A stretch of 60,656 bases of DNA, the filler included, from Sphacelaria rigidula (lineage: Eukaryota): the NCBI GenBank assembly GCA_964200075.2. It is 10 parts of 10 records of this genome, joined end to end, with 100 filler letters (N's around TTAATTAATTAA, not from the genome) between each part and the next. Parts side by side here need not be neighbours in the genome. Positions count along the whole stretch, not along the records: positions 48,607 to 54,581 come from CAXNAA020023076.1; positions 54,682 to 60,656 come from CAXNAA020023077.1; 8 more parts are not named here. The stretch is one strand, 5' to 3'. The position numbers and the translations under genes are program-made. The notes under the pieces were generated by a model. The model made no database searches, was not told the origin of the DNA, and was given only the letters and a program-made list of their open reading frames with translations. The stretch's first letter is position 1. Each line of letters starts with the position of its first letter. This document shows positions 52,101-60,656 of this stretch, piece by piece.

Positions 52101-53499
52101 CCAGATATATGCGCTTTCGAAGCGCCGTAGGTGGACTGGACGTTAATCCACGATGATCCACAGCACACGTACTTACGCTCCTAAATACCATAACATGGGT
52201 TGGACAAACCGGCCTGATTTTGTGCTGGCATACTCAGGGAAAATTTGTTTTATGCGTACAGCGAGGTGGCGATGAGAAGAATTCTAAATGTATATAGCAA
52301 GAACCGACGACAAAATCATTACAACTGTTCACCAGGATTTCCATTCACTGCAAGGGAGTTTGTCTGTTCACGAGAAGGCAGCAGGCAGAAACTTTTCGCA
52401 AGGCATACAAGGCGCTGGAGCTGTTCACCATCACTCTTCGCTCCCTCGGCAACTTCAAAGGAGCTGTCGGTGAGGGTGGTCGTGTGCTGCCCATTCGTGG
52501 CGTGACTCAGCCCCGTTCATTCAAAATCCGCCCAGCGGGGACGGAGCAGGTGACCGTCGGCATGAAGAAGGACATGCATGCTGCAGTCTTCACGGGGAAA
52601 ACGCCCGCCGGGATCTACAAGGGAACCCCTCACCCGCTCTTCCGCATGGGTGTTCCAGATCTGGAGTGTACACCTCCATTCGACCTGGAGGAGGTGGATG
52701 CCGCACAGCGAGATAACATACTGGCTCGCTACAACGCCGTCCAGAGTCGGCTAGCTGCCCTCTACCCCCTCGGTGCGTTGCACCCCCAAGCACCCCAAGT
52801 GGTGACACTGTATCCTGATCGCTGTGTACTGTATTTATTTTGTTTTCGCTGCGGACGGCGGGTTCCAGTTTCTCACCCTTATTTCCCATATCATTTTCCC
52901 CACCGCAGGAGCGTACCCGAGCCCTGAATACCCCAGATGCACAGCCTCCACCCTCCCGTGCGACGCATGTCACGCAGATTTCGACAAGCAGCAGGCCATC
53001 AAGGGCGACATGGCGATGTCCCACCGACTTCTCGCCGCGAAAGGCTCAGTACCGTGGAACCTTTCGTGTCATTGGTTCAAGCGTAATGGCGTGCAGTCAT
53101 CTGGAGGGTCACGAGAAGAGAGAGCGGGGGCAGATGGGGATGTTGATGTAGTCGAGGGATCTGTGGGGGGGGCGGAAGCCGCCTGTCGGTGATGATCCGG
53201 GAAACGTTGGTGTCGCTACGTCAGTGCTAGGTAGCGGGGGCGACGGAGACGGCCATCCAGCAGGGTATATTCCCTCGTTCTACAAGGGACAGTTTCTTTT
53301 CTTTCTCGGTGACAAAGCTCCGTTTTTGGTGCGTAGGGTTACGGACAAGCGCGAGGGGGCCGATGGCGAAGCAGAAGTTCAGGTGCGCTGGTGGTCGCCG
53401 GCCACCTCCGCCAGTCGAAACAACGCTTCTGGCTACAACATCGGCGAATACGGCGAGGGAAAGATCACAGCAGATTACAAGACAGTGGGAAACAGTTGA
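49105..53499 (+). pseudogene. Sola2-like (DUF7869-type) DDE transposase, multi-exon and decayed. Recognisable segments ~49105-49412, 50032-50194, 50690-50744, 51060-51255, 52470-52825, 53260-53499.
   Basis: SFVKCHSC; RAKANMEPLKHVFMQADAAAQTAFALP; LYLQPDNSVGENKNHIVLGYLGCLVARG...FMIVGHTHIMIDQVFSR; IRGVTQPRSFKI; PFLVRRV...VQVRWW occur in the expected order. Stops and frameshifts lie between segments. Confidence 0.78.
51483..51771. mobile_element. Near-perfect palindromic (fold-back) MITE, ~138-bp arms
   Basis: CGGGTGGCCACTGGGGTCTGTAACC...CCAGTCTATAGG is mirrored by CCTGTAGACTGG...GGTTACAGACCCCAGTGGCCACCCG, with a loop of about 12 nt. Confidence 0.85.
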
Positions 53500-54804
53500 G
53501 GGTGTACAATGGGCAGTAATAGCGAGAGGCGAAAGTTAGTGCCGGACGTAGAGTGGATGCAAGCAGAGCTGGTTGTCGCTTCGTGCGAAAAGCTAAACGT
53601 TGGTGACAGGATTCCCAAGCCAGCATTGGATACAATGGAGAAGAGGGCCAGGGGTTGATGCGTAGCATTCCTGTCTTTTCCTTATCGCAGCAGTCGCGGA
53701 AGATCGGGGGTTTCGACCATCATCGTGAGGCCTCGGGTTGCTCGGATGGATCCCTAGGTGATCTGTTGGAGTGCGACCAGAATAATCAAGGGCCCATGCA
53801 CCCGTGACGAGATTGATCTATTTCCTGCCAACAGTTCCTTCCACACTATCGCTCGCCGTAGGGCTATTGTTGTGTCGAGTGTTCACCATTGCAGCGGCAT
53901 GTAAGCTCGAACCCGGTAGAATCCGCACGGATATTAGATATCATTGCCTTCTCTAGAACGCTTTGTCACAATATTCCATGATATCCCATTTTTACATCCT
54001 GATTTGGTATGTGCTCGTCTCCGGGATCGGGAAAAGCTACTTCTCTCCTCAGCACGTCAGTGACGAGCAGCTTGACAACAGTGAGAACATCATGTACAAT
54101 CAATCGCTTTCCCATGAACAAATTGTTGACATGGTTCCCGCTTTTTCTTCAGACCATGGTGGAGTTTGACGCCGTCCGTCGCCCGCAGCTAACCAGGGAT
54201 GGGCAGCATGTGCAACCACGGACGCACCTGCTACTCCTCCCCGAAATTTCACATCAGCGCCGTCGTGCGGTACTCTTAAGGGCTTCTTGATATTCAACTG
54301 CTAGGGTCTTCAAACCTCATTTCATTGATGAACCCTCTTTTGTAGAATTCCCTGCTAGATGCTTGAGAACATGGATGCCGTGGACGTATTAGGTACGAGC
54401 AAACTCGATTCCACCGTACGTTTTCGAGTCGAAATGTTTTTGATAAGACACGGTCTCAGGATTTATTTGAAAATTCGAAAATAGTCCTGAGTTGCTGCGC
54501 ATGTAACAGCAAATTGTGCGAATTGAGGTTTAACTCCGAGATGAGGCTCAAGTGGGCAACCCGACTTGCGAACTGATGTTANNNNNNNNNNNNNNNNNNN
54601 NNNNNNNNNNNNNNNNNNNNNNNNNTTAATTAATTAANNNNNNNNNNNNNNNNNNNNNNNNNNNNNNNNNNNNNNNNNNNNTGGTACGAAGTAGATTGAT
54701 AGTAGATATCACAGATACTCCGTACTAGCCAAGTTGCTGCCTCTTTCCTTGGGCCGCTGCCGTCAGCCAGCCCGAACCGGCCTCAGCGCTCGGGCCGAGG
54801 CCGG

Positions 54805-54933
54805 AGGACCTACTGTACCCGCTCAATCAGGAATTTCCACAACTCATACCTACGATACCCACGCAAACCACGGTATGAGATATCCCCGTAAATACCGGGG
54901 GTACGCTCGGCACCGTAACTTACCTACGGTTCC
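54805..54933 (+). mobile_element. Right end of the TACC-array TIR family
   Basis: CTCATACCTACGATACC unit and terminal CTTACCTACGGTTCC (reverse complement of GG(A/C)ACCGTAGGTAAG). Confidence 0.65.
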
Positions 54934-55942
54934 CGTCAACGATATATAGCTCTTTGGCTCGTACGTACTTGAAAAATCACGAGTAAATACAAGGAATGAC
55001 GGTATCTTTTCGATGACAAATGATCAAGATTACTTGTGCTTAATGACCCAATCACCAGGCATGGATGGATGATCATCGCGCTGAACAACTTGCATTGATT
55101 CACGGCGATTCACTTCCACGAAGATCGTCGTTTCCGTAAACAACCCATCAAACATCTTTGCCGATAGCCTCTACTCAATGAGTAAGAATCTAGCGTGTCA
55201 CCCAACTTATACCGATTCACCTTCATGTACTTCATGTAAAGTGTGCGCACTCGCCAGTCTCTCGTCTACGCAACTTACAGCAATTCACGGCCATGTCCTC
55301 TCGTGTAGACAGTATTCTCACCCGTTTTTCTCTTGTTTCTGTCTGACTGCATGCTCGGGAGAGGGGAACGTATTCACAGACGAGACACGCAAGCACAGGC
55401 GGTTGCGCTTGAAAACCTCCGGACCAAACACGCGAAAACAAGCACGTCGGTTCGTGCACCACAACGGACTAACGTTTCTCTTCATTGTATCTTTGCACAA
55501 GCGCTGTACTGCGACGAGCTAACCCCACCACTATCCGTTTGATATTTTCCCCGCCAGATATATTACCAGAAAGAGAAAAAGACCATCCACGTATCTCAAA
55601 CATACGTACGCAACCAATCGGTCGCCCTTGAATGAAAAGACACGTGCATAGGCAACCAGTCGAAACGACAAAACGCCACAAGCTACCAACAGATGAAATC
55701 AAAATTAAAGTACAAGAACAACGATCAAAATCGATAGATCGCCACAGCATTATAAATGACCCGAACGGCGGACGACGCGATCCCAACACCGCTACCCCAT
55801 AAAAAAGTAGTCAAAAACAATAACTATCTACTACTGCTTGTCACGGAAGAGACCTTTCCCTGCCTAAATAAACACGCACGCACACACTGGGTTGTGATGT
55901 CATGATATCACGATATGGCGCCACACCTCTCTGATCGTAACA

Positions 55943-56621
55943 CCGAACCCACACGCCACTAGAGCTTGGCATGAGGTCGGGAAGCGACACGCAGACCCGT
56001 GACACTCGATCCTTCGCAGCGCGCTTGATGGGAAACTCCGCCGACGCCCCCTCCGCCCACTTCAGCACCCGCTCATCCTCGCCAACGAACCTCCTGGTTC
56101 CTCACGCCGCTGCCGGTACCATGCTTCCGGGCACGAGTTTATCTCTGCTGTCATTTGCTTCGCCGCTACCGTCAGCAGCACTGGCACGAGGGCCAGCATC
56201 ACCAGCAGCACTATTAATAGCACCACCAGCTCTAGCGTCGCCAACACTACTGATGCCAGCACTACCACCACCACTACTGCTGCTGCTGCTGCTTTTGCTG
56301 CTGCTGGCGGCGGAAGCTACGATCGTGGTCGCGACGGCCGACAGAGCGCTGCGGTCAGGTCATGGTGGCGGCGTTAGAATCACTCACTGCTACGGCTGGC
56401 GATGCTCGCGCTGCTTCTCCTCCAGTGGGTGCCGGCGACCTCACCAGCACTTCCCCTGCTGCTCCCACTCCTGGTATGCTTCCGGCCGCGTGAGCCAACG
56501 AAACTAGAGCGATGCCACCCACCACAGTAACATCTGGCATCAAACTCAAGGCCATCGCTGGAGTCGGAGATAGAGAAGCGTCTGGAGCGGATGGAGGAGG
56601 TATGTCGAGCGATGTGCTCAA
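55943..56621 (-). pseudogene. Decayed GC-rich low-complexity coding remnant (Ser/Ala/Gly-rich), unassigned
   Basis: Codon-like trinucleotide periodicity, with a frameshift near 56358 and a TGA near 56102. Ends ...RVLKWAEGASAEFPIKRAAKDRVSRVCVSLPDLMP. Confidence 0.3.
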
Positions 56622-58626
56622 GGGCGGGGGCGGGGTGCAGGGGGGGGGGGGGCATTGTTGCTCCGCGCCTGGCGTTGATGTTCATGGAATCGTGCTTCAT
56701 GCATCCGGCCGTTAGCGCCTGGTCGTGTATCCAGGGACACCGCCACAGCGGGAGACCCTGGCTGTAGCGGAGGCAGGACCACGACCGATCATAGAGAAGA
56801 GGGGGTGCGGGGGAGGGGTCGCAGGGCTTTGTCGTGTGTGGTGACGAAAGGTGGATGCTTTGATAAAGGCAATCAGCATGCTACCACGAACAATCACGAC
56901 ATTGCGTTTTCATCCCTCGTACTCCTTTTTGACTCACGCAAAAAGCTCAACAATATTCCATCATCTCGTCGCCCGCAACAGCTTGTAAAAGAAACTGTGA
57001 CAGCCAACGCGTCGAAACAACTGCAACTCTTTTATGCATTGCATCTCCCCCTGGTGTTTGGACAGCGACACTCCAAATCGCATATTGCCCAAACGACAGA
57101 CGATTCCGGCTCCTAAAACAATGGCCACCGCTACACACGCGGTGATTTCCAGACCCCCGTTTGGCGCATCGTGTACACGTGTTCCCCTCGAATTGTGTTC
57201 GATGTGTAGGCGAGGGCCTGTGTTCTTTTTTGTATCACCTGTCAGGGTAAGATTTACAAGCCGACACGAACGGCTTACATTTGAGAGGGGCGATGGGATT
57301 TAGATACATGCCTCAAAACGTTTTTACCCTCAAAAGGAAGACACGAGTGGCTCACGTGGTGGCACCACTTCAACAGGTGGACAGTGTCATTGGCGTCCAC
57401 GGTTCACATCCGATGGAACGACGGCTCTCTCTCTTTCGTCTATTTCTTTTCCCTTTAATTTTGGCCAAGTTTCCCCCTCAAGATTTCGCCTCGTTTTCCC
57501 CTCGTTTTCTTCTCACGCTCCTTGTCTGGCCCGGTAATAAGGGCTGTGTCGGATGCAGCAGTAAGCGGAGCCCAAATGGGGACTGCAACGCCATCCCCGG
57601 CCACCCCAAACCTACCGCGGGCACAGCCGCGCTCGACACGAGCCTCGCGTACACCAAGCTGTATAGCAATAGCTTGCGAGGCCGTCGTTATCCTGAATAT
57701 AATATATATATATATTATCCCGCGGTAATTATTTTGTTTTCATTTGATTTGTCGAACTTTGAACCCCTTTCCATCCTTGGGACGAGTCTGTGGTCTCAAA
57801 GGATCAAGCCATTTGTCCCCGGTACACGCCTTGCATTTTGCTCTCGCGGATTTGGTTATGACGAACAGCATTCCGGCACCGCGTCAAACTCTCGTCGAAC
57901 GAACTCATTCAACTAGTTCACGGTTAGGACAAATCACGAGTTATACGAGTTTACTCCTCATGACATGACAGGAGTCAACCTGTATTCAAGTGCTGGTCGC
58001 GCATGCACCCGACGGTGAATAACATAAGCAGTACAGTCATCTGAACCGCATACAGATTGAGAGAAACGTACGACAGATGCAAGGCCCATGTCATGAGAGG
58101 ATTCAACGATGTGTCCACTCTTCGTCCCGCACGGAGGCATATGCATGGCATAGATGTAGGTACCATTTACGCCTCATGGTAAGTGTGGGTGGCATGTACA
58201 ATCGATTCATTCTGCATTTTTCTACAGGGGGTTGACATGTGTCCCATGATCTACCCCCTATGACCTGGAGGTAGGAAACAGGTACCGTTGACGGTGTACT
58301 GCACGACACAAGAGCTCAAAGACCTGTATGAATTATAAATGATGTACGTCTCGTATGATTTATTCGGTGAAATGATGAACATGTGTTGAATCACGATTTT
58401 GTTTGTCCTAACCGTGAAGTAGTTTTTGTTTACTCACGCACTCACACTTTCGACGGTGGAAATCAGATACCACGAAGAAAAATTCAACGCATCGAGAATC
58501 GATCCCACGTTCTCTCCACCCTAATGCTGACGGTCGGACCATTACACCATCGGGGCGCGGGGGCAATTGCTGGCCTCAAAAGACCAGCGAAGATAAGTGT
58601 GATCAACTGCATACTAATATCAAATG

Positions 58627-58628
<2 letters not shown>

Positions 58629-58665
<37 letters not shown>
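58629..58665. repeat. (GT)n microsatellite
   Basis: Directly visible. Confidence 0.95.
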
Positions 58666-58669
<4 letters not shown>

Positions 58670-59946
58670 ACTAGCCTAAATGATGAAATAAACGGCTCGA
58701 AATTCGTCTTTGTCGTGCTCCACCGTAGAATATTCTGACCCTGGACTACCAAAGTATAGCAGTGAAATCCGCTCGGTCGGACTTGAACTGGTGCTCGTAT
58801 CACTTGTTACTTGGGAAGCCTGTAGTGTATTCAGATCCGTGCTTGAAAAACGCAGAAAATCCGAATAATGTGTCCTGTACGCACTTGCTGCTCGGCGTTG
58901 GTCTTCCCCTAGAGAACCATTTCCCGCCGCGTAAAGCTTCTTCAAACTTTCTGAGAAGTATGTATTCTCAGATCAAGAGTGCCCATGCTCGAGGGATCCG
59001 CGGGTAATTCTTCAAGGGCCGACCGTGAGTGAAAACCACAGCAATGGATCATGACCCGCTTTGTTCGTGAGCATTCGCGTTGAATACTGACAGTCCCGCG
59101 CAGCTCACGGTGCAACACCGAGAGCCTAGCTCTGCAATAACAGTCGAGGCGGCGAGGTGCGCGCGCAGAAATTATATGCTGTCGAAGGGACACTCGCCAG
59201 GCATTTGACGTATTCGCTAATTTGCCAACAGCCTACCTCAAGCACGAGGCTACCTCCGGCCAACGTATTCGTTCACGTAAATGCTGTGATAGGCGAAGCG
59301 GCTTTAGTTCAACTCCGCCGAATGTCTACCGTAGACCAACTGGCCTGGAGGCCTCCTTTCCTTTCCACTACTGCTATCTATGCCAGAGTCGATATGGCGT
59401 TCGAAGGAACATGATGGAGCCACTCCGTGTTACCGTGGATAACGTGTTACCGTGCATAACGCTGAAGCAAAAATGACCCAGGTATGTTGGGGCATCTTTC
59501 TGCTCAGCCACTCGGCAACGCTGGGTGGCAGGGGGCCGAGAACCAGTGTCCTGTGCTGTCCACCTTCTCTTTTTCTCTCGACCGCTCCCTGCGTACGACC
59601 GGACCCCCCTGTGTACGATCCATTCACCCTATTAAAACAGTTTTAAACGACGATTGTTTCTTCGGTAAAGGCAACAGCAGGAAGTGTGTAGGAGTAAAAA
59701 GAAAAACAAGTGAATATAGTCATTTGGTATTGATCGGGAAATTTTTCGAATACCAACGAAACGCTCTTACTTACTTCGAAGCACATGCTACATTTATCGG
59801 GTGCGATACATTGCATGCTGAATGAGTGCTCCGTGCGATGGCCGCGGTATTTTCACCGTACTGTGCCATCCATCGCGCAAAATAAACACGTCCCGCGATG
59901 CACCGTATCGTGGATAATGTTTCATTTAAAGTGTGCGTGCGCAATA

Positions 59947-60303
59947 GCCGGTCTCCCGGTGGCTCCATTGGTAACCTCGAAACCTTCCCACGGTTGGGTC
60001 GCAGGTTCGACTCTCGGTGAAGTCACACGATCTGGGACTTTTCCTCACACAGTGCCCAATAGTGGAGAGTGACCATGTCGTGGGCACACGAAAAGCAGCT
60101 CCACCGTCGACGAGGGGAAGGGTTCGCTGGACACCTCTCGATACGAAAAATAAGGCAAGCATCGAAGAAGGAAGGTGGCGTCCTGAAACAAGATTAAAAA
60201 CATCCTGTTTTAGCCTTCCTCTGGTGCGACCCTGGCCGATGCGCCCAGATACACCGACAGGCGTAGACTGGCGTCCAGAAGAGATGGGATAACAGCACAA
60301 CAC
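59947..60303 (+). mobile_element. tRNA-derived SINE, apparently full length
   Basis: Box A-like TGGCTCCATTGG (~59960) and box B GGTTCGACTC (~60004) have tRNA-like spacing, followed by a body shared with three other copies and a CA-rich tail. Confidence 0.78.
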
Positions 60304-60574
60304 GACAAGTAGTAGGCAATCACGGCAGCAACAGCGGCGTATCCACGACTACGCAGTCGTACCCTAGTCAACGATTTCGTTAACAAGTGTCAATATAAAT
60401 ACGTTACGGGCAAGTCTCGTCATCCACGCTCGCTACGCCCGCCTCTATACATTGCCGTAATAGTATATTTCATGGCGACCAATCTACAGCTATCTATGTA
60501 AGGGTAGGCGCGAGAAATGAAATGAACCAGAGTTCGAATCACAAATCTCGTGCGGGCGGGGGGCGGGGGGGGGA

Positions 60575-60656
60575 GGAAGGGGGGGGGGCGTACTCATTTG
60601 TTGCCTGCCTTAGTCGGTTGACCATGGATCACGCATCCCTTTCGAGACGGGGCGCG
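60575..60656 (-). repeat. Family A short dispersed repeat at contig end
   Basis: Reverse complement of the 1-65 motif, extended to CGTCTCGAAAGGGATGCG. Confidence 0.88.

Noticed and set aside
5977..54681. Regularly spaced TTAATTAATTAA motif every ~6.08 kb
   Set aside because: Artificial concatenation linker flanked by Ns. Adjacency of genes across linkers is meaningless.
57430..57915. 211-aa ORF 57281-57916
   Set aside because: Composition is non-coding-like, spanning pyrimidine and AT tracts. It is probably a decayed interspersed repeat, which cannot be confirmed within the window.
59947..60020. Functional tRNA gene
   Set aside because: No convincing acceptor stem, and it continues into a multi-copy SINE body.

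Overview
This window is eukaryotic, intron-rich and repeat-rich DNA, most consistent with a brown alga (Phaeophyceae/ochrophyte). That assignment is an inference from gene content, intron style and repeat families. It is not one locus: ten unrelated contigs of about 5,975 bp, apparently sorted by size, are joined by artificial 100-bp linkers (44N-TTAATTAATTAA-44N), so nothing should be inferred across linkers. Spliced host genes rebuilt by hand are the 3' end of alpha-SNAP, a four-exon uncharacterised protein with a C-terminal membrane helix, a cyclin-Y-like cyclin, a complete SmD3, and two exons of a KDM5/JARID1-type zf-C5HC2 protein. The rest is mostly transposon debris: an intron-containing Academ-like transposase/nuclease pseudogene, a multi-exon Sola2-like transposase pseudogene, a long decayed low-complexity ORF, tRNA-derived SINEs, several MITE families and long hairpins. 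The most unusual structure is a ~960-bp TIR-bounded element (9367-10328). It carries about 15 units of 42-43 bp in which two short conserved boxes (CAATATATATT and CAATATG) alternate with two unique spacers (7 nt and 17-18 nt), a dual-repeat/dual-spacer array.
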